This document shows, piece by piece, positions 24,011 through 39,000 of a DNA stretch of 64,000 nucleotides. Position 1 is the first letter of the stretch; every line of letters begins with the position of its first letter. The stretch is from Lepidodermella squamata (Eukaryota; Animalia; Gastrotricha): assembly GCA_047495785.1 (NCBI GenBank), contig JBLDXI010000001.1, positions 4,774,001 through 4,838,000 of the forward strand, read 5' to 3'. The notes beneath the pieces are model-generated. The model had not been told where the DNA came from and made no database searches. It saw only the letters and a list, made by a program, of their open reading frames with translations. The translations under genes were made by a program, and so were the position numbers.

Positions 24011-27000
24011 TCAATTGTCCCGTCTGATCGTGAGGCCTTCAACAGAAATAGCTGCATCGTGCACGGCGATTTCCTCACCGAAATTCGCCCGCAACCCAGA
24101 TTCGTCAATCAATTTCTGAACTGCGGCGATTACCTCAGCTTTATCGCCGAATTTAGCCGCGAAATCGTCGCTTAGCAACAGCGTCATGAACCCACCATCG
24201 CCACAACCATTGATTGTCGCGCCGAGAGAAATGGGTTTCAACAACTCGGTCAGTTCGCGGAACGATTCCGACTCACTCCCAGGCGCCAGGGTTTTCTTCA
24301 TATTGTGAGAATTCGTCAGCAAAGCGCCGATTTCGCTGATCGCTGAAGCGGAACGGGCACTTTCAAGCACCGAAGCGGCTTCTTTCGCGATTGATATCAG
24401 CGAATGGGCGGCGTTGAGAACGCCCGGTTCATTCGAGTACCAGTTTCGAACAACGTTGTACACAACCATGGAGGCGCCAAACGGTGGCCGATTGCCGGCA
24501 TAGATCAAAATCAACCGGCGATTCAACTGAAAAGATTAAAATTTGTTAAGTCTATAAAAATCGATATCAGGTTAAGAAATTGAACGGAAATTACTCATAG
24601 GAGTCAAAATTTCCTGTACTGAACTACATTTTAGCCATAATTTTGATGAAAAATTGAAGAAAAAATAAATTGATGTTTTTTACGTAACCAAGCTACAGAA
24701 GTTCATTTAAAGTTGAAAGTTCTCATTTTAAAAATTTTAAAATAAAAGACAAGTGAATAGTCTCAAATTTTTGACATCATTTTCATCAATTTCAGCTCAC
24801 ATTTTCAAGAATTGCAGGCGGGAATCCGATTTGACGCCAGCGGACGTGTAACGGCAACGACGGCATGCAATAGGCCAGTTTCACCCCACCGACAAGGCCG
24901 CCTGCAAGAAGATTTCACCATTATTTCACTCTCGTGTGCATTTTCACAATCATCGATCACAATGTAGTACGTGCATATTTAATTAGTAAATTACTCGCTT
25001 GTAAAGAGCACTTACCTATGGGGTCCTGCCAACCGGCACACGTTGCCATTAGCTGCTCGCATTGAATGACCTTCATTCAAATAATAATTATTACACAAAT
25101 TCATAATATGCATTTTTCGCACTGCGGCGCATCATCATATTCTCAAAATATTGGAGTAATAAATAATTATGATAGGCTAGACATCGGGGGTAAATATCGC
25201 CCAGTGCCTTTGCTTTTTCCTTCCTTCCTTCCCTCCATGCCCGCTTTCAAATACAGCATGCATGTTGATTTTGGCCAAGCACTTGACGATATTTTTTGCC
25301 ATTCAAAATGGAAGCGTAAATAAATTGAGATTATGATATTGATGGCTTTAATTGAGTCAGATCGATGAATACACGAGGCACTTACAGCATGGCAAACACA
25401 CTCCATGTCAAATTCTTGGCCAGAAAGCGTCCAAATGGCGGCTATCAGCGCTCCTGCGATTATACTCCGCGTGCCCAGGCCTGAAAAATTGAAAAACATA
25501 AACTCAGACAAATTCAACAAAACTTAATTTTTCCAAGATGTATAAGAAATTCGATTCAAATCAATTTTTAGAAAATTTAAAAATAAAATACTGAAAACGT
25601 TCAATTACAATACGTTTCAAGAAATTTTGAATGCGAAAAATTCAATGTGATTTACCTGATCCTTCAGGCAGCGAGGCCCACGTGTGGATTTCGATGCCGG
25701 GCGAGCCGAAAGCGGCGATGAGTTGTTGAGCGAGCAGTGATTTCGGGTCCGAGGAGTTGCGAACAGCCTGCGTCACGCCAGTCACGTACAGACACGCCTT
25801 GGCGAGCGTCGCCTGGCCATACGGCTGGTCAAAGCCGCCGAGCTATCAATAAATTAATTTCATAAATGAGCCATTTTTCAAACAAATTTCCAAGTAAATT
25901 AAGAAATCAAATACTATATCCCTAAAACTTCATAAAATGTCGGTAATTTCGGTTAATTCGGAAATTCAGTCTAAATTCTCGGCAGAAATTTCAAAAAAAT
26001 AAGTTTTTGCTTTGAGAAAAATAACAATACAAGAAAAATTCGATGCTGTTGTTGTTTACCTGATCAGCTCTTTCGAATCTCCATTTCTGCCTAATAGTGG
26101 TCACGCTTGATTGGCAATCCAACATGCAGACAACAACGCCAGTCGTATCTGGGAGCCGTCGAATTCGCGCTCCAATTGGCTTCTACAAAACATATTCAAA
26201 TTTCAATTTCAACGTTGAATTTTACTTTTGAAATAACTGGAAAAAATCCATAAAATACTTTTCCAATAATAATTTTTGAAAATCCACCAATTATTTTGAT
26301 TTTTTGATCATTTTCACTCCTGCACTTGATTGCTGGTTCGATTTATCACGTTTAGGCATATCAATATCTCTCGTTGTCTCACCTGTCCGTTGACATTGAG
26401 CGCAACATTGAGTACAGCACCGCCGATTTCGTACCTGAGCAAGAGCAGCAGTGGTAATCACGTCGTTTAGCACATGAAATGAATTCTACTTACGACATGG
26501 GCGGCGTGTCCGACCAGCCTCCCTGTTGATTCCACACATAGAGTAAAAAACAATTCAGATGATGCGAAAGTGGGCTGCTTACCGCTAGATCAGCACGGCA
26601 CGGCGCCTCGGCCACGACCCAGCCGGTCGACGATGCATTATTGATGGTGGCAGGCGACGGCTTCAGGCAAACAAACTACAAACAATTTAACGGCCAAATT
26701 AGCAAATTCAAACTAATACCAATGTGATGAGGTAAACAGTAATAAGTAACTGCGCTCAAAACATGTCAACAAAACAGGGGCGAAAAAAGCGGGTAAGATT
26801 TAGGCGCAAAAATCGATCGAACAAAAAATGGATTAAAATGCAAAAAACTATCAGTTCGGGGTTTTCAAACAATTGAAAGGCGCGAAATTCAAAAATTTAG
26901 ATGGTCAATTCAAACCAGTTTTATTGTATAACGTGGGGGATAATTTCCCTGAGAGGTAACGATGATAATTTTTGTTAAGGTATTCTCAAAGCATAACCGC

Positions 27001-30000
27001 ATACGCTCCCAATTTCTAGCAAATTTTAGCCAATAGGTATATAAAGCAGAATACCTATACCTATGCGGAAAAAATGTCAAAACTTGGCGCTCAACCCAAT
27101 GCTTTTCAATTTTTCCAAACCAAGAACATTTTTTAACGAGGTAAAATCAAGTAAACGTTTATGGTAATTGTATTCAATTTTCCTATCATTCTTGAAATTA
27201 TAGAAATGTCATAGAATAGTTCCAAATCTATTTAAATCTCGGAAGAAAATTACCGCTATTTTCAGTGATAATATTGGGCTTTTTGACCCTCTTGGCACCC
27301 TGAAACATCTGGAATGCTCGCATCCGAGACTTCAGATATCGGTCAAATCACTGATTTGCAAAATCGATACTTGAAATCGATATCGGCTCTGCAGGCTAAA
27401 TTACTACTCAGTAAAATTAGGCGCAATAGTTAGATTGGTCTAGCTTCAAGATTCAAAAGTAGTTCTGAAACCCGAACAGAAATATTTAAGGGCAATCTAG
27501 CCTCTATTTCTAAAAGGGAAATGCTACCGCTACAGGGTTGGAAAGAGTGTTAAATTCGAAAGGAAAATGAATATTTAGCAATTGAACGTACCGCTTGGGC
27601 AGTTTGGCAAGCGCGGCGGATGAGAATGTGGCAGGCGCCTTCGTAGTGGCGGGAGGCGCGCATCAGCGTCTGCGGCGAGTCCATCCAGTCGCGGCGCAGC
27701 ATCGCCATCGCCTTGACGGCGCGCTCGTAGTCGCCGACGAGCAGCATCTCGTACGCCGCTTCCCACGCCACGTTCTTCGCCGGGCCCGAGCGAATGCCGC
27801 CCCGGCTGCCCGACATGCACGCGAGCAGCGCGGCGATGTTGGCCAGCACGCGAGGCAGTTTTCGCTCGTCCAACGACTGAGCCGCTATTCGGTCCAAACA
27901 CACCAGTAGACCTACGAAAAAATAATAAACAGAAAAATATTGTAGAAATAATATAATTATCACAACTCTAAAACTGTTAGAAATTCAGAAATATTATTCG
28001 AATAATCATATTTTTTCGGATATTTCGCTCTGAATCCTTAAATCGACCACTGTAATCCCTTCGAAAAACTTGAAAATTTTTAGAAAATGTCAAGGATGTG
28101 CCCTATGGCTTAGGGCTTCTCGTTGCCAAAATACGGTCTCTTCTCCCGAGGGAGTTTTCGCAGATGAGAAAAATGGCTTCGAATATGTATGAAAACTAAT
28201 TTCCAAGTTATTGCCGATAGCTTGGAGCTTCATCACTACAATATCCAAGTCTGCCCACGGTTTCTCACTATCAAGTGAAGTAAAATAAAAAATTGTTTGT
28301 AAACTTTGTAACACTCCTCAGACTTTTCATATCAAGAAATCGCGAAATTTCTAGTTCGATATCACGTTTTCAGGACACGTTTACAAAATGGAACTGCACA
28401 ATTTTGATTCCAACAAATCTCGTATGAAAAAGCAACATGTACTAGAACAGCACGCAAGGGCGAGCCTGTCTCGACGAATCTACGAATCTGCGAAGCTTGA
28501 TTCTCGCAAGAGACACTACAAGCCGTGTAGCCGAACGTCCAATCACGCTGCGTCCTCCACGAAAGCTAAGAGCACTGGCCTGCGGTATCTACAACGTCGA
28601 CATGACCGTTGCGTTGATGGAGCGTCGACTCGGCGCGCTTCATTTCAATGTGCAACTATCCCAAACATGCAGCCGAACTTCGCAGCTGACTTCACGGCGT
28701 TATTACGTAACAATCGAGTGGCTGAATTCTTCCAAAAAGGCGTCATCATTGTAGCTCTACAGAAAGTCGAAGTTGAGGTGAAATCGGGCGGAGGCAGCGG
28801 TGACTACCGTTCATTTATCTCACTTTATATATTGCCAAACAATAATATTCCAATTACAGAACCCCTGCACTACCCCTGTACATATCTGCGACCTTCGAAA
28901 AACCTTTCTGAAACTTTAATACCCATCAACTCTTTTCAAGCAGATTCTGTGACGCTGGCTATATCCCAGCTTGAATCTAATTCTTACAGAAGGCGAATTC
29001 ACCAAAACAATACTCCCAATGGACGGTAGCAACCCTTGTTATCGGGTTTTCCAGCAATGCTACGCGGTAAGCATTTGAACATCGCATTCATCGACGTATC
29101 CAGTCATTTTCTACCCATAGGAAGTACAAACCATCATCGTCGAAACAGTCCGAATCATCAACAAGAATTTCCGATGCGACTTCAGAATCATCAAATTATT
29201 GAAACTTGCTGAATACGTCGTCCGACGACGCTTAGTCCCCGAACTATAAGTTTATAAAAAAAAATCAGCCTCCTTACAACTATTCTCTGCTGGTTAGAAG
29301 GGGTAAAGAAGCCCCAAGGTAGGGGCTATGGGGTGGGCATTGCTAAACTGATCGAAATACAAGCTAGATTGATATACGAAATCGATCGTTTTATGTATAG
29401 TCGTATTCGGTTGCTCAGATATTTTCGAAAAATATTGCGTCAAAGGCAAACTTACGATCAGCGAATTTGTAGACCACCGACGTGAAGAACAGCGGGGCGA
29501 CGAATGCATCGTCTCGGTTCGCCAAGTCGCGTTCAACCAGGCGGCATGCGACGCGGCTCGTGCACGCCAATCGGTGTTCGGCCGAGGCGGCATGGTCGAC
29601 AAGGCCTTGCATGTCCTGGATGGACAGGCGCCACGAAGCTCGCCATTTCATCAGCAAAATCGGGTCCGGCCGCGGCGATGTCAGCCACAATGCGAGGGCT
29701 AGTGTTTTAGCTTTCGATAACACTGGGTACAGCTTGGCAGTGTACAGCGTCCTTTCGTGAGATGGCTACATTAGAAAAAGTAATAAATTTGAGAAATTGA
29801 GCTCATAAAACAGGAGACATTCTAAAAATCCTATTTTTTACGTTAAATTTATGATTAGTTTTCTGTTTTACAAGTTCCGCTCAAAAAATTCCCGCATATT
29901 TTCACTTCCTCTTGTCTTTTTTGGCTCTCATTTTCTCATTTGAACCGAGCTGCCGTGGCCATCACCCAGCGGTCTGGTTTATTTTGGCCAAGCTCGCTGA

Positions 30001-33000
30001 GAAGGAGAGACACGTCAGGCTCGAACGGCTGCCGGTACTACGGAGTTCGCAAATGGTGTGCTCAGGACACCGACGAACACTACAGTATGTAATCGTTAAT
30101 GAACGACTCGAGACTCTTCGCATCCTGCCCCAGGCATGCGAGAAAATTCAGGATTTAACGCACGTCACCAGCCGCCTAGCCAGACTTCTCTGCTGCCAGC
30201 GCCTTTCGACAGTAGTCAACCCCTGAGACTCGACCATCGGCTATTCAATCTCGGTTGATGAGAATCTCAACGTGAGCGGCACCTTTCCCACAGCTGCCGT
30301 AATGTTGGAAACTACTTTGCAGCTTTTAACTGTTCAGTAACAAAGTTTAGAGACCCTCTGATGCCGAAGACGTGTATAAGTACTCAAACTGGCGCTTAAT
30401 AATAATAACGTTAACCGCAGAAAAATTCAACGAGCTGCTCAAATTGCAGCATGAGAAATCCGATGCGATTCGAAAGAATAAATTGATCGAAAAATTACCA
30501 AAAAATCTGAAAAATTCCGACACAGTTCTCAAAAGTTTGCATAACGCAATGGGTGCGAGCTACGGAACGGCTGACGAAAAGAAAACGATGCAAAATGAGA
30601 CGTATGGAGTCTGCGGGCGCTTCGGACGACCACACGTAATGATCACATTGTCACCAAGAGATCATAATAATTTTTGCTTGACCGTCAATAATGCGTCTGA
30701 CAAATTGCTCGAGGGTACGATAAGCATCGAAGATGTTTTTGATGGGGCATCTCCGCGACCCTTGGTTTTGATTCAGCAGGACGCTGGTTTAGACGTCGCT
30801 ACTGCAGCTGCTTATTTCCAAAAAACGCCAAATTTCCTTTTCGAAGATTTCATCGGCTGGAACAAAAACTAGTATTTCCTAGTGATACTAATAATTGTCT
30901 GTATGCTGTGCCTAGCTGTGACTTCCTCGAGAAATGAATAAAAACTCATAACGTACCACATTTTGCGGCCACAGGTCTGACTCGTCGATTTCCTTGCGAG
31001 CCAGGTAGCTCTTGAGCGGCATATTGCAGAAGGAGACGCTCGAGGCATCGCCAATCGGCTCGTCGAGACGGTCTTTCAGTCCGAAGACAACAACAACACT
31101 GACGGTGAGATTCGACTTGAACTGCGCGCTAGGTACGCGAACAGCATACTGGTGCAGCACGATTTGCGGCGGAATGTTGATAACCTAAAATAAATAAAAA
31201 TCCCATATCAGAGTAATGTTTGAAGTTGGCGTTAACTAGAATAAAGCCCTATCAAAAAACATCTGTCTCCTTTGAATTTATTCGATGAGGAACTGAACAC
31301 TTCTGCAACGCCGTTTACTTCGTTGTTATCCCGTATTATTCCGTATTATTCCTACTATTCATGCGCTGTTTCCGGCTTCACTATTTGAGTCTCGGTTGCT
31401 GGAAGGCTGTGAAATAGCGGATCAAAAACATGTAAAGGAGTCCTTATCATTGATGTTCTCCGTGAAGTTTCCTCGAACGATCGTCAGCGCGTCATCACTG
31501 AGGAAGCAAGAACGAGCAGTCGTCGACCCTCGCGTTTCTCAGATATCGACGAAGGTCAAATGTCGATGACGAGGACCATTGAGAACTCAGAAGCGAGTAC
31601 GGCATCTACCTCTGCAACGACTTCGAACGTCAGCTCCGTATTCAACATGCCGTTCGACACCGGCGTTTATTCGAACGGGCCTTCCTTCGACAATGCTACC
31701 ATCGACACCATCGAAATCGACGAGGAAATGGAAGTGATTGATGGAGAAGGAGTCATCCAGCCTAAGTCATCTTTTGATTTCGTCTTAGTTAACGAGTGCT
31801 TGGATGATCTCGGCCGCGAGCCTCAGATCTCGTGGTATGAGAAGAATTTTGTTGATGTTAATAAAGATCCTCGTAACTATGCCCTCTCATCTTTTGTACC
31901 TACACCTGTACTCGACCATAGTTGATAGCGGATGTAGTGAGCATGTGACTGCAAATTTTGATTACCTTATTCCGAACTCTATTCGTAATGAAGCTGAAGC
32001 GAAGAGATTTAAAATTGGTGATGGCAGCTTAATGCCTTCGAGTACGTTTACTTCGTTGTTATCCCGTATTATTCCGTATTATTCCTACTATTCATGCGCT
32101 GTTTCCGGCTTCACTATTTGAGTCTCGGTTGCCGGACGGCTATGAAATAGCGGATCAAAAAGATGTAAAGAAGTCCTTATCATTGATGCTTTCGTGGCGT
32201 CAAGCATGAAGAAAGAAGACAAATTGGTGAGAATCAAGTTGCAATCGTCCTACGCATTGGGTCCTTTTAGCCATAAAGCGGCTTTGTTGTTAAAAGCCAA
32301 GAGAAACTAAAGTAAGACAAAACCTGTGTTTGGTTTTCAGTTCGGAAAACACAGTCGAAGGTGTGACTGGTCGTCCCATAAAACATCTCATCGAGAAGCG
32401 TGAGCGCAAGGAATTCCGTGTCCAATCATGAATTTAGGCGTAAACTGATCACCTGTCACATCAGGGTGGCCAAAAAATTCCGCAGAAGGCGAATTCGATG
32501 CGCATTATAGGTATTCATTTCTTATTATTTGATACTTGAAATGTCCAGCGATGCTGCTAAGATTCTGCTGCCTAAAATCGCCTTACAGCAGCTGGGAAAA
32601 TGCGAGTTAATCGAACTATGCGTTAATCTTCAGCATCAGCTGCAAGAAAAAGACAAGGCGAAAGACAGAAACAACAGTCTCTGAGTCAGTAATGAGCCCT
32701 TTATCAATCCTAAACCAGCGGCGGTCTTATGCCGAAGCCGTTTATGGCTATCGTGCATCCATCGGAGTTGCAGGGCCTCAATTGAAAAGAAGGCTGGCTG
32801 GCGAATTTTTTAGCGAGATACAAGGCTGTCCCAGAACGACGGCCGAGATCGTACTGCTTGTGATGTGCTTATGCTTATGCTTATTCACTATAAAAATTAA
32901 GGAATTTGCCGTGAATGCCATTTGGTTTCAATCGTTTATGGAGGCTGCGGCCGAGAAAATCGGAAATGTCGAAACCACTTGGATTCTCGATAATTTGGCT

Positions 33001-36000
33001 GCGCATGACGAAACGAAATTGACAGCTCTGCCCTGCAAACACGATAATATAAAATTTCCCTTTTCGCCTCAGCTTAACCTATTGAAACGGTGTTTTCGTC
33101 GGTTAAAGCAGAAATCAAACGACAACTCGCCGACCAAACAAGCAACTACAGGAACCTTTTACCAGCTAACAAACGAGCTGGAACAGGATGCTGTCTGTGT
33201 TGCTGTTCGGCCTTACTTGCCTTACATTGGCGAGTCTGGCATCGTCGACAAACTATCAGCAGCCTTTGCAATAATAGTTTTCGACGGGGTCTTCACCCGA
33301 AGAGACTGACGGTTAAAGGGTAATTAGAGGAGGAAACAGGAAGTGTGGAGAGTGGCCTCCCGGAGTGGCATCCTGAGTTAAATAATTGAAATACTTCGAC
33401 TAACCTTGACATCATTGGACAGCAAATCGTCCTCGTCATTACTGCCCCGGCTGCTGACCGCCTCCAGGCCGTTGATAATGCACCCATCGCCAATAACAGC
33501 CGGCACGTCTAGCAATGCATGAGCAACCACAGAATTCGCACCCAGCGACACAGCCGGGCCAATGCAGCTGTTCATAACAATCGTCGAGCTGGCATCGATT
33601 TTGCTCTCAACGTAGCAGTGCGAGTGGAGCGATTTCTTCAACGGCATCAGCGGGCTGACGCGCGCGAATTCCGCCAGCGTGTCGTAGAGCAGGGACGGCC
33701 GATCGACGTCCGGGAAAAGGAAATGGCCGCAGCGGTCGACGACAATTTTGTACGTGTACTTGTTTAGTTTTTCGTAGATGAGCTGCCGAGCGCGTCTCGC
33801 CAACGCGTCCGCTTCGTTCCAGTTAACGAAGGCATCGGCCGAGACGTCTGTCGCCGCGGCTCGCATCACGTCCATCAAAATCGACAGCTATACGAAGAAA
33901 AATTAGACTACTGTAGACTATTGTTCAAGGTTCAAGGCTTGGAATTAGTTTCACATCTTAAATGCATCGATTTTATTCGCTTATTATCCCAAGTCTCTCC
34001 AAAAAATCGCAATACACACTTGTAGATTCCGATTCTGATTTTGACGATATCACCGTAACTAAAATTCTGACTTGAAACACCAGAAAACCCGTCCTGTCGC
34101 ATGGAAGCTATCGGCGAGCATTGCTATCGCTTTCACGAAAACCATCCTCGATACAAATTCAAATGCTATCGTAAGCGTAAGCACGCGACTGTAGTCGTTA
34201 TATCTGGACCTGATAAGGAACATGAATGTTCTGAATGCGGAGTCTTCTTAACAAATCAATCCCAAAGGTCATTTTTCGTACGACAAATCTGGAGTTCTAA
34301 TACGAATTTCCATCGACTACACGCAATCTCGTGGGTATGGTTCAGCGAGCAACGCCTTTTCCTATTGCTTGCTAGCGAACAAAGCCAAGGTTGAAATGAA
34401 AAATGACGTAGTAATAGCGGAGTGTCGAGGCTTGAACCCTCTTGCAACCTCGAAAAATACTTTCACGACGTGTTCACTGCATTCGACCGTCTCATCATGG
34501 ACGGCTACACGCGAGACGAAGCATCGCAGACTATTGCCATGCAGCTAGCATTTTGTTGCGACTGGTAGGCCATGTGTAAAATAATTGCGTTGAAACAATA
34601 GTTACTTGATTTTTCGTGATTTTTTCAGATCGTAAACGCTGATAGTCCAAGCTCGAAATACCCTTGTTATATATGCTGTTTCCTGCGCCCTCCCGACCAG
34701 ACTCAAACTCCCGGCATATTTCCAACACAGATTAACCAACACAGTAGGAAGTAGATCGGAGATCTAAGTTGCCCTTTCGTGTATGGAGAACTTTCCTGTA
34801 TGGGGAAATCGTCAAATACGTCATCGGACTTGATTGTTGTTAGTTTTATTGCAATTTTCCTTTGTCTGTATAAATTTTTTTTACAGCTAGGGTACGAGAC
34901 GGCCTAACTCCGGTTTGGGAAAGAATTCGTCAAACGATTCGCAGGCCCAACCGCCGTGACGAAATGTGATTCGCAAATACGTATTGGAACCGTTTCTCAC
35001 GGATACACCCTCGAAGGCGATGCAAGCAGGGCAGCTGAGTAAACCAGCCAGTCAAATGTCAATTGAGCTCAAGGATGCCAGCTCGTTGAAATGGTACGGC
35101 CAGCTGGAGCGAGTAGTGTTTGCAGCCGCTCTCCTGGGAGCGCTACGGCGATGCCTACGGCTTTCGGTGGATTGCGCCGAACGAGCTGGAGATAAACGTT
35201 AATGTGATGGCCCAAGTGGTGCGATACAAGGAAATCGGCCCGCACTACGTGACGAATTGCTTGGGAAAAGACCGCGTCGTAGAGCATTACGATCTGGTTT
35301 TAAAATTCGGCGATCACGTAATTCAAAACTCGGCCTTAACGTGGTTTACGTATATAGCAATGAGAATCTACGGCGACAAGGAATGTGCGCTTATCAAGCG
35401 GGTCAAACTGCCGTTTTGGATATATGTGGCTCAAGCGCTGGTCCACCAAGACTGTAGTCTGCCGACTTGTGGCCGCCCTCTGTTCGGCTTCAGCGATTCG
35501 CGCCAAGCGCATCTCGTTGAAGGTATCTCTCTCCTACTTTCCACGCTTAGCTCATAGTTATGTCGTAGGTATCAAGACCCGCTACGATGTTCAAGCAGGC
35601 ATACTCAACAATTCGAGGCAATTCGAGGTCCCGACCTATAAAATCAACTGCCGTTCATCAGCCTGAGACGGCTCTAGCACGTCATGAAGCTATCTACTCG
35701 CACTTTTCGAGAAAAATTCCGCCAAATTTACATGATTGTCTACCATCTCCTTCAAATAAAATGCATTCTACAAAATTCGATTTTTCTATAATAAAATAAA
35801 ACTACGGCTTTCTTTGATAATGTCTCGCTATTGTTAAAGCCTTTAGATATAAATAAATAAATTTACCCGAATCGGCGTTGCGCCAGAGTCGACGCCCATG
35901 TAGGTGCAGGCGTTGAGCGGGTACACTTCGTAGAATGAGAAGATCGACTCGACGACTGCCGGGCTCAAGTAAACGATGCCAAGCAGCTATCAAAACACAC

Positions 36001-39000
36001 GAAAATTGACTAGTTACTCATTGGCAAAAAAATATGAAATAAACCTACCGCAAGAACGTCATTTTCATTCGAGCAGTGCTTCGAGCCGGTGGCCTCTCGC
36101 CGCAACTCATCCTCTGAAACTCGGTAGAAAATATTAGCCACCGAGCCGTCCTCATTCAAGCGATAGGCCGCATGCCGCTTTGCGACCTGTTCGAGCGGAG
36201 CCGGAACAGCCAGACCCATCATATCGTACCCCGAGGACCAGTCAAACTTCTTATCTGAAATAAAAAACAAGGAATTCAGCCTAATACTGGCAATTATAGC
36301 GATTAAAAAAGCAAGCAATGCCTCAGATTCAAATAATTAAGTGAAATTGAAACTAGGACAATAAAATGATTTCAGAGAAACCAACGGCAAGCATTTGTAT
36401 CAAAATCGCGTTCTCTTCACGCTTTACCTTGTGACGCTACAGTAAAAATTGCAAAATAATTACTACACTAAAAGTTTCCAAGTTTTAAGGTTTAGTTTTC
36501 GATATTTTCGCCACTTCATATTTTATATCATTATTTTGACAAATTTTTAATACACGGTAGACCCGCGTTCGACGTGGCGCACAAATTCCTCGCAACTCAA
36601 GTTATGGTGCGTCCACAAACTAACTTCGGAGAGGGTGACTTCGGAGACCGAACTTGAAACTTCGGAACACTCAAGCGAAACTTCGGTGACGTTATCAGTG
36701 GCAATTTCCGCGCGCGCGCGGCATGAGTCGTCCGAAGTTTCTATTGTTTGCGGGCCGAAGATTTCGAGTGCGCGCGCATGAGTGCGAGCGCGCTCAAACT
36801 AGAGAAGGGGCCGGAGGGTAGACACAATTTTTTTTCAATTCCACTTGAATTCTCAAAATTCCTAAATAATAAGACGCGAAATGCGACGACGATAACAAAA
36901 AGCTAAATTTCGATTCACCATTTTTCAGAATTATCAAAAATTAAATTGATTTTTTTTTCAACGCGCGCTATAAGCTATTTTTAAAAGCACCCGATAATTT
37001 CTATACTGAAATTTTTTTTGTGAAAGCAAGGATTTTACTGCGCGCGTTTCATTTACTTGAAATTTACGTCATTTTCGTCATTTATAGTCAATAATACGAA
37101 TTAAAGATGCCACAGGAACAGTTAATTTATGTCGTCGCCCTACCTCGCGCGGTCAAGTGGCCGCGCGCGCGTGCGTACGTAGTAACTTCGGACACGCACA
37201 AACTTCGGTTCGGAGGCGCTTCGGAGAGCAGTTGTGGGCCTCTCCGAACCGAAGTTTGCGCGCGTCCTTTGTCCAGTGCGTGCGCGCCGCCCATTGTTCT
37301 AACTTCGGGCGCGCAGTCCGAAGTGCGCGCGTTTGTGAACGAAAATCTCAAACTTCGGTCAGCGATTACGCAACTTCGGAGAGCGATTACGAAACTTCGG
37401 AGGCTAAAACTTCGGACGCGTCTCCGAAGCAGTTTGTGAACGTAACATTAGTGGCCACGAAACCCAGAATTTTCGTACCGAATTTTCGAATATTTTACGA
37501 TAGTATATTTTTCAAAATATAATAAAATAATAGTTTTCTTCCAAATTTTGAGAAAATTCTGATAAACAATGCAGAAAAAAGAATGTGATAAAACATACAA
37601 ATATCTAGCCCAGTTGCTGCTATAATATCGGTGCTCGTCAGCCAAACCCCAGGCGGTGAATCCCTCGCAATTTGGTGCGTCATCGCCAGGAACGTGTGCA
37701 AATAATTCGGAATGGGCACCTGCAGCGTCGGCGAGTTGACCGTGCACGGCAGGTAGAAGAGGCCGCGGCCGGCGACGTCGAACTGGAAATCGCGGCCCAT
37801 GTGCATGATGAGGATGCGGCGGTTGCGCATCGCATTGATGTTGATGACGCTGTAGTCGAGGCGGTTGCTCAGCCGCTCGGCGATCGTCAGGATCGCGTTG
37901 AACGTCGCGCCGCCCGAGCCGATGTTCGCCTTCGGGTCCGGAACCACGACCAGCTCGGTTTTCCTCGCAATCAGCCCCGCATCTTGGTAGACGCTAAGCT
38001 CTATAAAAGCACGGAAAAGCCATTAAATTAAGCAAATAAAAGGAGACAAAAGAAAATTGTAGTCTTTTTCAACAGATTTTGAGCTATCAATGTTGAAGAT
38101 AATTTTGAACCAAATTTAGTTCAGATTATGAATTCAGAATATCGTAAATTTCGAATTATTAATAAAAAATCTTGCAGTGTTTCATCGACTTCTGTAAGGA
38201 CGCCAGAATCAACCGGATTCTCTAATGTGCCTTAAGGTCGATATCGGTGGTGACCCAAATATCCTGAAACGGTTGAAGAGAACCTCAAAAGCCGCCATTT
38301 AGCGCATGAACATGAAGGCTATTCATTCCTAAGCACCGAGCATGGCCACAACACCCTCACGCTGTTTCATAGCTAATGCCGCTGAATTCTTCGGTATTAC
38401 TCGAATTTCTAGATGCTCAGCTTTCAGACGCGGAGTTTGGACCGTTCTTGAAATAAGGTCAGAGGTTCGTGTTGTTGCCGGTTTTTTTCTGATACGAGGT
38501 GCTTTTGCAATTTCACGAGGCGAAGTCTACGTCTCTGCTACATTTATAGCTGTGTTTAATGTAGTCTGCAAGCGAGTAAAATTCGAAAAACAGGTAGGTA
38601 TGCCTTTAACAGACGAAGACTGGCTCATGTTGCTAGCATTCGCAGATGATACAGCTCTACTATCGCAAGCCTGGGAGAAAATGGGAGATAGCCTACCTAT
38701 GTGGTCAAATATCACTGCAACTTGATTTCGTACCCCGATAATAGAGCATCGCACTCGAATTATTGGTCCCATTTTTTTCGATGGGGAATGTGGACAGTGC
38801 TGAGTACCACAAGAAGCTCAAGGGGGAAATGACGCGTGCGGTATGTTATTTTCCAACAAGCTGGATCGCCAGCTCATTACTCGAAAGAATTACGCGGCTG
38901 GTTGAACGAGAATTTAAAAAGCAGGTGGATTGGTCGAGCAACGGAAGATGACAAAAACTGTTTCATTGGCCAGCGAGATCCCCAGATGTTACACAGTACG

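Noticed and set aside
36598-37453. CRISPR-like array (recurring short motif with variable spacers)
   Set aside because: Repeats are only about 8-9 nt, irregularly spaced and in both orientations; eukaryotic intron with no cas genes
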